This document shows positions 40,258 through 49,988 of a stretch of 59,525 bases of DNA, piece by piece. Within the stretch, counting starts at the first letter, position 1. Each line of letters opens with the position of its first letter. The notes beneath the pieces were generated by a model. It ran no database searches and had not been told where the DNA came from. It worked only from the letters and a program-made list of their open reading frames with translations. The position numbers were made by a program, and so were the translations under genes. This DNA is from Desulfopila sp. GTDB taxonomy: Bacteria > Desulfobacterota > Desulfobulbia > Desulfobulbales > Desulfocapsaceae. The DNA lies in contig JAZBNU010000477.1 of the NCBI GenBank assembly GCA_036350815.1, forward strand, positions 1-59,525, written 5' to 3'.

Positions 40258-42975
40258 ATGGTTCGTCTGACAATAAACAACATGGTCGCAGAGGTGGCGC
40301 AAGGAACAACGATTCTTGAAGCCGCTCAATCCTTGAAAATTGCTGTTCCGACTCTCTGTTACGACTCCCGCATGAAACCGCATGGCGGCTGCAGACTCTG
40401 CATGGTAGAGATTGAGGGTATGCAAAAACCGGTGACATCCTGCACTACGCCGGCGGAAAACGGCATGGTTGTTCGAACGGAAAGTGACAGATTGTACAAT
40501 CTGCGCAAGGGCGTGGTAGAGCTGTTGCTCTCCGACCACCCATACGACTGCATGGTCTGTATCAGAGCTGGAAACTGCACCTTACAGGAACTGGCCTATA
40601 CCTATAATATCCGTGAGAGTAAATATAAAGGTGAGATGCGTGATCATGATCGTGTCGATAATAACCCCTTCGTCCAGAGAGAGCAGAATAAATGTGTTCT
40701 TTGCGGCCTTTGCGTCAGAGTGTGTGATGAAGTGCAGGGGGTAGGCGCAATCGGGTTTGCAGGACGTGGCTTTGACGCCAAGATCTGCTCGCCTTTCGAG
40801 CGGGATCTCGACTGCGAGTTCTGCGGCCAGTGTATTTCCGTCTGCCCTACAGGGGCGCTTTCCGCCAAGCTCTGGGCAGGACGTCCACGTCACGAGGGCG
40901 TCGTTTTGACAGAGACAACCTGCAGCTACTGCGGGTGTGGCTGCAATATTACTGTACATGCCCGCGGCAATGAAGTCACCAGGATTTCGTCACGACCCGA
41001 TAACCATAATCGCGGCTGGCTCTGTGTAAAAGGCCGCTTTGGTTACGAATTTATTAATAGCGGAGATAGATTGCAGACGCCCTTGATTCGCTGGCAGAAA
41101 GGAGGTGAGCTTGAGCCGGCTTCATGGGAAGATGCTTTGGATTTGATAGCAACTCAGTTTACAGCTATCAGAGAAAAGTATGGCAGTGATGCCCTTGCCG
41201 GGCTGGCGTCCGCCAGGTGTACCAACGAAGAAAACTATATGTTTCAGAAGCTTTTCCGCGCTGTTATAGGGACGAACAATCTCGATCACTGTGCCCGCTA
41301 CTGACACAGTGCAACCGTGGCCGGGCTGGCCACCAAATTTGGTTCAGGAGCGATGACTAACTCGGTAGCCGAGATCGCACAGGCGGATGCCATGTTTGTT
41401 ATCGGCTCTAATACTACGGAAAACCATCCTATTATTGCCTTACGAATGAAGGAGGCTGTTCGTAATGGTGCTCAGCTGATTGTGGCCGACCCGCGAAGGA
41501 TACCTCTGACAAAGTTTGCAACGTTGTGGCTGCGTCATAAGCCGGGTACCGACTCTGTCCTGCTTAACGCCATTATGCATGTCATCCTGAGAGAGGGATT
41601 GGAAGATCGAGATTTTATTACCGACAAAACTGAAGGGTATGAAGAGTTTGCCGCAACACTTGACGAGTTTACCCCGGAGTTTGCCGAAAAGATTACCGGG
41701 GTCAAGGCCGATGATATCATCAAGGCTGCCCGTATTTACGGTGGAGCCGAGAATGCAGGCATCTATTATGCCATGGGGATAACGCAGCATGTTTTTGGAA
41801 CATATAATGTTCATGCGGTGGGGAACCTAGCCATGCTCACCGGCAATGTCGGCAAGCCTAATGCCGGAGTTAATCCTCTGCGGGGCCAGAACAATGTCCA
41901 GGGCTGCTGTGATATGGGGTGCCTTCCCAATGTTTATCCGGGGTACCAGAAAGTGGATGATCCTCTGGCGCGAGAAAAATTTGAAAAGATCTGGGGGGTT
42001 AAGCTTTCCGCGACACCGGGAATTCCCGCATCGGAAATGTCCCACGCCATGATATCCGGTACATTACGCGGCATGTATATTTTTGGAGAAAATCCAGCAG
42101 TTTCAGACCCAAACTCAGCCCATGCCGTAAAAGGGTTTGCCAGCCTCGATTTTCTGGTAGTGCAGGACATTTTTTTAACGGAAACAGCCGAGCTTGCCGA
42201 TGTTGTGCTGCCCAGTGCCTCTTTTGCGGAAAAGAGGGGAACGTTTACCTCTTCTGAAAGAAGAGTCCAGCTTGTTCGTCCGGCTATAGACCCTCCCGGG
42301 CAGGCGAGAGAGGACCTGGCCATTATAACGGATATTTATCAACGGATGAGTGGCAATAGTATCGACAACTTGGAACCTGAGACTGTTTTTGCAGAGATTG
42401 CAACGGTGTGGTCCGCTCTTGCTGGTATGGACTATGGCAGACTGGCCAATGAGGGGTTGCAATGGCCCTGTCCGTCGTCTGAACATCCTGGTACACCATA
42501 TCTCTTCAAAGACGGATTTACCAGAAATGAGAGCGGACGGGCCCTGTTTACCAAGGTTCCTCATGTACTCTCACAGGAATTGCCGGACAGTGAATATCCC
42601 TTTGTGCTGACCACCGGAAGACAGCTGTTTCATTATCATACCGGCACCATGACCAGGCGATCGACTGGTCTTCACAGCATTGCGCCTGAGGCATTTGTGG
42701 AGATTAATCCTGAAGATGCGCTTCGTTCTGATATTAGCGATGGAGAAAGACTGCGGGTTTCTTCAAGAAGGGGATCTATTCGGTTGAAAGCCAGGGTCTC
42801 CGATATTGTGCCGGCAGGGGTTGTTTTCATCCCGTTTCATTATAAGGAAGCGTCTGCCAATATGTTGACTAACGACGCCCTGGATCCGGAATGCAAGATC
42901 ATGGAAGCGAAGGTGTGTGCCGTCAAAATCGAAAAACAGGGGGCTCCTGAGCATTCAAATGCGCATCGAAAATGA
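40258..42975 (+). CDS. fdhA: Formate dehydrogenase alpha subunit with NuoG/HylA-like N-terminus, 905 aa, selenoprotein (Sec349)
   Basis: PTLC..CRLC, HPYDCMVC, 2x[4Fe-4S], TTCSYCGCGC. DHCARY-U-HSATVAGL (TGA 41302-41304) is in frame with ORF 41317-42975. Confidence 0.94.
41317..41333 (+). promoter_or_regulatory. SECIS-like hairpin
   Basis: GTGGCCG-GGC-TGGCCAC, 12 nt after the TGA. Confidence 0.75.
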
Positions 42976-43015
42976 GAGGAAGCCCACCTGTGTGCCGCCT
43001 TGTCGAAAAATTCAG

Positions 43016-43324
43016 TTAGTGGGTTGCTTGTTTGTTGATACCTTTATATTTCAGATAGATATCATGGAGGCGATCGCGCATTTTTCTGATTTTTTTCGAA
43101 TGCCCGGAACAACTCCAGCGCGGTTCGCTTAAAGAGTAGATGCTGTTTGAAAGGTCATCGATATCCCGTTCAATAGCTCTGCACCATTCGCCGGTACAGA
43201 TAGAATCTATTTCCTGTGCCTCACTGATGTGATGATCAAGCGCATCAAGTGATGAATTCAGGTTGGTCATGAAATTTTTATGATTAAGTTGAAAAGATTC
43301 AACCATTTCTTTTTGTTGTCGCAT
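43016..43324 (-). CDS. Hypothetical protein (102 aa)
   Basis: RBS GGAGG. Helical, with CTGEWC and SEPRW motifs. Confidence 0.65.
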   Translation of the reverse strand: MRQQKEMVESFQLNHKNFMTNLNSSLDALDHHISEAQEIDSICTGEWCRAIERDIDDLSNSIYSLSEPRWSCSGHSKKIRKMRDRLHDIYLKYKGINKQATH

Positions 43325-43481
43325 GATTTTCCTCCAATTGGTATGCAGTGTCCATCAACGTTTTCCGGCAGGTCAACTTTCTTAAGCGGCCGGACGTAGA
43401 ACCTGGCTGCTCAATCCGTCGGCAGAACCCAACAGGATTATGAAAGAGCACGGGTTTTTTCTGCAAGATCCGGCATTGATG

Positions 43482-43694
43482 TTATGTTTCATTCTGCCCG
43501 GCAAAGTCGATTTCCATGTCGATAAGTTCTCGGGCTCGTTCCAGGGCGCGCTTTTCCGTATCACCCCCCATGGAAACGTGTTGCCTTTTGCCGCTAGGAT
43601 CTGTAACGTCAAAGCTGAAATTTGAACACAGAACATTTTCAGTGCTGATGTCGATCTGCCAGCCATTGTATGTCTCACTGCGTATGTTCTTCAT
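43482..43694 (-). CDS. Small hypothetical protein (70 aa)
   Basis: RBS GGAGG before ATG 43694: MKNIRSETYNGWQI...RALERARELIDME. Confidence 0.65.
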   Translation of the reverse strand: MKNIRSETYNGWQIDISTENVLCSNFSFDVTDPSGKRQHVSMGGDTEKRALERARELIDMEIDFAGQNET

Positions 43695-44018
43695 TACTGC
43701 CTCCTCTGTATGATTTTCCAACCTTACGGTGAGGAAGAAAGGGCTCGAGCTTTGGTGCGGCTCTTTCCTGCAACGAAAAAAAGTCATAACCGTATCTCGT
43801 TTTCCACCCTTGTTCATAAACTATAAAACAGTCTCCCGGTTTTTCCAGTTTGGCTGCAATATGGATACTTCTGTTTGATGACGGAAAGTGGCAGAGGTAC
43901 TTCGCTTCTTTTTATCTTCATTGCTGATTGGAAGTAGATGCAATCCTCCTGTATCTCTGCTGTGGGAATATTTACGTACAAGGAATTCTGGCCAGATCGC
44001 GCATATTAAAAAAACAGC

Positions 44019-44047
44019 TTGCAATTCATATGAAGTTCGTGTATTAT
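44019..44047 (+). promoter_or_regulatory. Probable sigma-70 promoter upstream of the DEAD-box/csp genes
   Basis: TTGCAA-N17-TATTAT with an A-rich upstream tract. Confidence 0.45.
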
Positions 44048-44580
44048 GTTAAATTCACAGTTAATGAAGCATCCTTTTCAAGTTATCCTCTGTTGTCCTC
44101 TCGCAAGAAACGATACCTAAAAAAGTAGTGCTTGGGATTACCGCAGCGCGTTTGTGTAATTCTTTACTGGTATTGTATTTTTTGCGCTTTCTTTTTTCAG
44201 CATACGTTCCAGTCGCGGTAGAGAGATGTTCTCACCTCTCATACTGTCGAGGCAGCCTGACATCCTGTTGTTTGGACATGGTGAACATAAAAAAGTATCC
44301 TTGCCGGTATCGGTTGAGGGTGCAGAATAATACAAATAAAAGTGTACCCGTCAAGCGACTGGTGCCGGGAAAAGCAAGGGTATGAAATTACTTTTGTTCT
44401 CTCGTTATACATCAAAGCGTATTGCTTTGAGGAATCTGTGGGACAGTTTTAAGACTTTCTGAAGTTCTGCGGTTTTTTCGAGTGGCATGCTATTCCTGTT
44501 AAACAATAGACAGGTAGACATTTTTCCAGATCAGAAGAGGATTCTTTGAATATGAAGCTTTCTGGTCGTAAGGAGTAGTA

Positions 44581-45858
44581 ATGAGTTTTAATGATTTTCA
44601 ATTTAGAGCGCATATTGTAGGCGCGGTAATCAAATGCGGTTTCGTCTCACCGACACCTATCCAGGAACAGGCCATCAGGCCGTTGCTCGAGAGGCGTGAC
44701 CTTGTGGGGCTGGCTCAGACTGGAACCGGAAAAACAGCTGCCTTCCTGTTGCCGACAATTCATCACCTGCTGGCCGGAAAAGCCGGACATGTAAGAGCTT
44801 TGATCATGGCACCGACACGAGAACTGGCTGAACAGATTCATGCTTTTGCCGAGCAGATTATCGCTGGTACCAGCCTGCGCAGCATGGCAGTGTATGGCGG
44901 AGTCAGCAAAAATAACCAGATCAACACTCTCCGACAGGGGGTTGATATCGTTGTCGCCTGCCCCGGTCGTCTTCTTGATATTCTCCGTGACAAGGCGATC
45001 AACCTAGGTCGTGTCGAACACCTCATTTTAGATGAGGCGGACCATATGTTTGATCAGGGTTTTCTTCCAGACATCAGAAAAATACTTGGTTTTCTTCCTG
45101 TTAAACGGCAAACTATGGTGTTTTCTGCAACCATGCCTGCTGAGATCAGAAGGCTTGCCGAGGAAATACTGCATAACCCGGTGGCCGTGCAGGTCAGCCG
45201 TATTAAGCCTGCCGATACTGTTGAACATGCCATATTCCGGACCAGGCAGAATGAAAAAACTGCTCTTCTTCTTCACCTTCTAAAGGAGAAAGGAGACACA
45301 ACGACGCTGGTGTTTACCAGGACAAAGTTCAAAGCTAAAAATCTTGCTGTAAAATTAGCAAAATCCGGTTTTAGGGCAACTGCCTTGCAGGGAAACATGT
45401 CACAGAATAAGAGAAAGGAATCTCTGGACGGTTTTAAAAACGGCACCTTTAATATAATGGTGGCAACAGATATAGCGGCTCGCGGCATCGATGTCAGCGG
45501 TATTAGTCATGTGGTCAATTTTGACATGCCGGACACGGCTGAGGCGTATATTCACAGGACCGGACGAACCGGAAGGGCTTTGTGCAGCGGCAAGGCATTT
45601 ACCTTTGCTACTGCGGATGACGATAGAATTGTTCGCTCTATTGAAAAATCCCTTCAGAAAAACATGCTGCGTGAAACCGTTCCCGCGAGTCTTCCAGAAG
45701 AGCAGGAAACGGAAAGACCACAGCAGCGCAGTTATGGAAAAAGAACAGCCCAGCAAAAAAATAGAGCTCCGCAGAAAAAAGCTTTCCAACCGAAACGAAT
45801 TCGGCAGAACAGGGCTCAGGCAGCTTCGGTTTTTGGTCTGAATGCGCAGGGTAAATAG
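44581..45858 (+). CDS. rhlE: DEAD-box RNA helicase (RhlE-like)
   Basis: PTPIQ, AQTGTGKT, PTRELA, DEAD, SAT, ARGID, HRTGRTGR. Confidence 0.88.
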   Translation: MSFNDFQFRAHIVGAVIKCGFVSPTPIQEQAIRPLLERRDLVGLAQTGTGKTAAFLLPTIHHLLAGKAGHVRALIMAPTRELAEQIHAFAEQIIAGTSLRSMAVYGGVSKNNQINTLRQGVDIVVACPGRLLDILRDKAINLGRVEHLILDEADHMFDQGFLPDIRKILGFLPVKRQTMVFSATMPAEIRRLAEEILHNPVAVQVSRIKPADTVEHAIFRTRQNEKTALLLHLLKEKGDTTTLVFTRTKFKAKNLAVKLAKSGFRATALQGNMSQNKRKESLDGFKNGTFNIMVATDIAARGIDVSGISHVVNFDMPDTAEAYIHRTGRTGRALCSGKAFTFATADDDRIVRSIEKSLQKNMLRETVPASLPEEQETERPQQRSYGKRTAQQKNRAPQKKAFQPKRIRQNRAQAASVFGLNAQGK

Positions 45859-46039
45859 AAGATATATACAGGTTATGCAATTGCCGGGATTCCGCCAGAC
45901 AGGAAACGTCTGCTGGAGCTATATCCCTGCAAAACAAAAATGCCGTTCGTCAGTAAGACGTTCGGAATATACAATGGCCCTATAACAGGGCCGAACATTA
46001 CCGTGCAGAAAAATGCACAACGAACTAGGAGTTATTACA

Positions 46040-46240
46040 ATGGTTGAAGGTACAGTAAAGTGGTTTAATGATGCTAAAGGTTTTGGTTTTATCGAGCAGG
46101 ATGGTGGCAGTGATGTATTCGTGCATCATACAGCTATCCAGTCACAGGGTTTCAAAACCCTGGAAGAAGGTGAACGAGTCACCTTTAATGTGGTCGATGG
46201 TGCCAAAGGACCAGCAGCTGAGAATGTCATTAAAAGCTGA
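46040..46240 (+). CDS. cspA: Cold-shock protein
   Basis: [28 protein letters not shown]. Confidence 0.92.
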   Translation: MVEGTVKWFNDAKGFGFIEQDGGSDVFVHHTAIQSQGFKTLEEGERVTFNVVDGAKGPAAENVIKS

Positions 46241-46256
46241 TATCTGAGTTTCTCAT

Positions 46257-46294
46257 AAAAAAAGCCCCGTCTTGAAAAAGGCGGGGCTTTTTTT
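46257..46294. terminator. Bidirectional intrinsic terminator
   Basis: AAAAAAAGCCCCGTCTT-GAAA-AAGGCGGGGCTTTTTTT. Confidence 0.9.
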
Positions 46295-46347
46295 ATGTCC
46301 GGAGGACAAGGAGGGTTGCAGGGCTGGATCTTCCCCTTTGTCGCAGC

Positions 46348-47853
46348 TTACGCCGCCTTGTTGTCGGCCTGGTGGTCACGGTCCAGGTGAAAATTAACCC
46401 AGGAGGAAGTGTCTTTGAGGTCCCAGAGACGTGGGGGCACAAATTCTCCGGTAAGTTCGTCGGTCTCTCCATATCTTTTCATGCGATAGTAGGCGCGAAC
46501 CCAGACACAGAGACGGTCTTCGTTAACTTCACAGTAGCCGAGACTGCTGCCGCCGCAGGCTCCGTTTCTGGTGTGCTTGGGGCAGCCTGATTCCGGACAG
46601 AGAAAACCAACATGCTGGATACCACAGTCACCACAGCTTTGACAGCTGAGCATCAGTTTCTTGAAAGGGTCTTCAAGGAAAAGCTTCAAGGCCCAGGATG
46701 TTTTGCTTTTGTCCAGAGAGCTGGAAATTTTTTTATAGACAGGCGCCAGTGCGGCATTTTTATCAAAGAACCAATCATGCGCGGTTCGCAGGAAAAGATA
46801 GTGGCAGTTGTCTCCAACAGTGAGCTTGATTTTCTCCTGGTAGGTGCGGGTACTTTTGGATTGTTGTTTCATCCCATATAGATAGAAGCACTGCGGGTCT
46901 CTTTCCTGGAATTCTTCTCGGTAATCTTCCCAGTTGTGTTCTATCTCATCCATGCGGTCGAGCACTTGGGCTACTGTGTCATAACTGTCATGAATGCCGC
47001 CGATATGAATACCATTATATCCTATTCCCTTGAGTACTACTCCAAGACGGGCGATCCTCTCCATGGCGTGTTTTTTGCCTTCGCCGGGGGTTTCGTATTC
47101 CTGTAGAACTTTGTTCAGAAGGCTGTCGGAAACATGGACTCCCGGAACTTTACCGGCATTCATGGGCTTGGCTGGTCCTTTTCCCAGAAGATAGAGAGAG
47201 GCCAGTACTGGTGCATCAATATTATGTTCTTTGTTGTAGAGAAGGAGTTCCTCATATTTGTCTATATCGTAACCAAGCTGAGTTATGCAGAAAGATGCTC
47301 CTGCCTCGATTTTTCTTTCGAGTTTCCGGTATTGTACCATTGTTTCCCCTTCAGTAAATTTAAAGGGTGAAACGGCACAGCCAACGTGGAAAAGTTCCGA
47401 ATGGCCCATCTTAATCAAACGTTTGTTGAGATCGTTGAGCATGGAGATCAGGATTACCGAGTCGAAATCAAAGACGGGAGTACCGCGCCCGCCAAAGCCC
47501 TGGCCTGAATAGTCGCCGGTGAGGGCGAGAATGTTTTTCATACCCATATGGGCGAGCTGTAAAGCCCTGCTTTCCATGCCCACTCGATTGGTATCTCTGC
47601 AGGTGAAGTGGACAATTACATCCATACCGTAGCTCTGCATTTCATGACCCAGTGCATCAGGGCTGAGAGCAGGATTTCCGCCGGGATTATCAGTTATTGA
47701 TACGGCGCTAATGCGACCATCCTCATATGCATCTCTGGCAATGGTCTTTATCTTGTCGAGTTTCTGACCGGAAATCTCTCTGCCGGGAACCAGTTCCAGA
47801 GTTACAATAAATTTATTCGGTGTTGAGATGTCATCATTGAAATTGCGTTTCAC
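46348..47853 (-). CDS. metF: Methylenetetrahydrofolate reductase fused to a Cys-rich MetV-like C-terminal domain
   Basis: ITDNPGG, HFTCRDTN, LALTGD, KIEAGA..ITQ. C-terminus CQSCGDC...CPESGCPK..RNGACGG..CEV...CVW. GTG start with RBS AAGGAG. Confidence 0.82.
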   Translation of the reverse strand: MKRNFNDDISTPNKFIVTLELVPGREISGQKLDKIKTIARDAYEDGRISAVSITDNPGGNPALSPDALGHEMQSYGMDVIVHFTCRDTNRVGMESRALQLAHMGMKNILALTGDYSGQGFGGRGTPVFDFDSVILISMLNDLNKRLIKMGHSELFHVGCAVSPFKFTEGETMVQYRKLERKIEAGASFCITQLGYDIDKYEELLLYNKEHNIDAPVLASLYLLGKGPAKPMNAGKVPGVHVSDSLLNKVLQEYETPGEGKKHAMERIARLGVVLKGIGYNGIHIGGIHDSYDTVAQVLDRMDEIEHNWEDYREEFQERDPQCFYLYGMKQQSKSTRTYQEKIKLTVGDNCHYLFLRTAHDWFFDKNAALAPVYKKISSSLDKSKTSWALKLFLEDPFKKLMLSCQSCGDCGIQHVGFLCPESGCPKHTRNGACGGSSLGYCEVNEDRLCVWVRAYYRMKRYGETDELTGEFVPPRLWDLKDTSSWVNFHLDRDHQADNKAA

Positions 47854-48218
47854 GACTTTTGCTCTCCTTGCTTCCGGCAGGAAAATTCTTTTGTCTTCGC
47901 TAACCGGTTAGTGTGCTGCTGTTGTTCATAAAAGTACGCCTGACATGCAAAATATTCCACATTGCTGTCGCGAGTATGCTACATCGTAGTATAATCATTG
48001 AACCTGGATGTGATAGAGAAAAATCTCTACTGGTAACAGAATTGACGCTTTGTATGGTTTCTTTATATTCTTTTACAGTGAAAACACAAAAAAATAATAC
48101 GATAAATACTGAACTGTATATTAATAAAGTTTGATAAAAAAGTGCCCATCGGGAAAAGTTGTGAGTTTGTAAAGTGTTACGATGTGGTATGGTGTGGCGA
48201 GGTTATCCATTTTCCCAT

Positions 48219-48248
48219 AAAAAAAAAGCGGGATAAAAAATCTCCCGC
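48219..48248 (-). terminator. Intrinsic terminator of sodN
   Basis: Minus strand GCGGGA-N9-TCCCGC followed by T9. Confidence 0.7.
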
Positions 48249-48293
48249 AAGGTGTGTACGAGAGGAACTATTTTGCGTTGTCTTGGTGTATTT

Positions 48294-48734
48294 TTAATGA
48301 GGGGCAAAGTAGAGTTTGTCGAATGCAGTGACCAGTTCTTTCAGTTTTGTGATATTTTCCAGATCAACCGTCTGTTTTGCTTTCATTGCATAGATCAGCA
48401 TCTGATGGAGAAGTGCCAGTTCCTCATGGTACATTTTTTCATCCGGCTTGATGCGCTGCGTCATGAAATACTGAGTGACGATGTTTTGAAATTGTTCAGC
48501 ATGATCCTCTTTATTCATCACCCAGCGAATCAGCTGATTGTTGTTGTTCCCTTTCTCTAGATCCAGTATCTGTCCCATTGATTTTTCCATAGTGGCGATA
48601 TGCTCTTCAAGCATGGTAATCCTCATTTTGTCATCGTAAATACCGCAAGGAATTTCGCAGTGTGACCAGGATGCTGCTGCGGAAAAAAATAGAATCGCTA
48701 TGAGCGTGAAACTGTGAATGGCATATTTAAACAT
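48294..48734 (-). CDS. sodN: Nickel superoxide dismutase precursor
   Basis: Ni-hook HCEIPCGIYD directly after a signal peptide (AAASWS). Also RWVMNKEDHA. Confidence 0.9.
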   Translation of the reverse strand: MFKYAIHSFTLIAILFFSAAASWSHCEIPCGIYDDKMRITMLEEHIATMEKSMGQILDLEKGNNNNQLIRWVMNKEDHAEQFQNIVTQYFMTQRIKPDEKMYHEELALLHQMLIYAMKAKQTVDLENITKLKELVTAFDKLYFAPH

Positions 48735-49022
48735 TGTATCCTCCCTGTTGGTTGAACATTTCTTCTTTGAGCTGGTTACCCTGTAATCTTGGCATTTATA
48801 GTTGAAACAGTATTACTGAATGCTGGAAAAACAAGGAGCTGTAAAGAGGAGAAGTTCGTGAAGCCCATCTGCTCTGCAAATTTATCATCTCTTTTTGAAG
48901 ATGGCGGATTTAGTGAAGGAAGGGCATCCGGGGGGACGGATGCCCTTTATGAAGGCAGCAGTCGATAAAAAATCAGACTGCTGTAGGGAGAGTTGGTTGG
49001 GATGCAATGCATCTGCTACTGC

Positions 49023-49754
49023 TTATACAATCATATCGCCGTATCCGTGTTTCAGATCATGCGGAAGGGGAAGTTCCAGCTCCAGGATCATGAATCTGGC
49101 GATCATTCGTGCGGCCTTGTAATAAAAGTCTTGACTCAGCCAGCCTTGGCCGCGTACCATTTCGATATGTTTTTTAGCCAGGGCGTAAAAGATTGCGTGA
49201 CTAAAAAGTGTGTCGGCCCAGACTGCTGCGTCGGTTTTGCTGATATCCGGGCGAACCAGCCTGCAGAATTTTTCTGAATTGACAACATTAGCCTGCATAA
49301 ACGTTTCTGCAAGTTGAGGAAGGGCGGCAGATGGGTTTACGATTTCCCGGACCAGCAAGCGAACTTCCCAATCCGGCCTGTCCGGTGCAAAGATGTTGCG
49401 GAAATAGCGCAAAACAGTCGTACGTATGACTTCTGCCAGACCTTCTGCCGTTTCTCCCAAGGCTGGATTTTCTGCTAATATCTCAAAAAAATCGACCTTT
49501 TTTTCCTTGTCATGCACGTAGCGGAAAGTTTCCAGATAAAGATTTTCCTTGGTGGAAAAATGATAATGTACCGCGCTGAGCTGAACTCCGGCAGCCTCAC
49601 TTATCATCCTCGTTGTTACCCCATCGTAACCGTACTTGGCGAAAAGTGGACCGGCACCGATCAGTAGCGCTTCTCGAGAATTTCTGCTCGTTTGCCTCAA
49701 AGAGGTGTCGTTGGTGGTCACGATAATAGGAGTCTGAGGATTAAAGTAAGTCAT
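49023..49754 (-). CDS. TetR-family transcriptional regulator
   Basis: LFAKYGYDGVTTRMISEAAGV...VHYHFSTKENLY. Confidence 0.9.
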   Translation of the reverse strand: MTYFNPQTPIIVTTNDTSLRQTSRNSREALLIGAGPLFAKYGYDGVTTRMISEAAGVQLSAVHYHFSTKENLYLETFRYVHDKEKKVDFFEILAENPALGETAEGLAEVIRTTVLRYFRNIFAPDRPDWEVRLLVREIVNPSAALPQLAETFMQANVVNSEKFCRLVRPDISKTDAAVWADTLFSHAIFYALAKKHIEMVRGQGWLSQDFYYKAARMIARFMILELELPLPHDLKHGYGDMIV

Positions 49755-49763
49755 CTGATCTGT

Positions 49764-49792
49764 AATTTAGGTCAAATGACCTGTAGTGTCAA
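49764..49792 (-). promoter_or_regulatory. Sigma-70 promoter with palindromic operator in the spacer
   Basis: Minus strand TTGACA-N17-TAAATT, with AGGTCA-AA-TGACCT at 49769-49782. Confidence 0.65.
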
Positions 49793-49988
49793 GTATGTTT
49801 TTAGTGGGCCTTTTTTCTGGAATAGAATAATGTTTCCGTGGTAGTTTGTTTATGCAGTATTGCAGATTGTAAAGGACTGTTGTATTGCAGCCCATTCATC
49901 AGGGTTTCCCATCAGCAATGGTTGCTGTGGATAGGGGAACGGTAAGACCGGCTTGATATGTGACTTCTATCTGGATTATTGAATCTTC

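Noticed and set aside
7295-42975. Interpreting the split hdr/mvh/fdh ORFs as pseudogenes
   Set aside because: Every break is an in-frame TGA at a conserved Cys position with a downstream hairpin. There are no frameshifts or TAA/TAG breaks.
47854-48200. SAM or THF riboswitch upstream of metF
   Set aside because: AT-rich region with no recognisable conserved aptamer elements.
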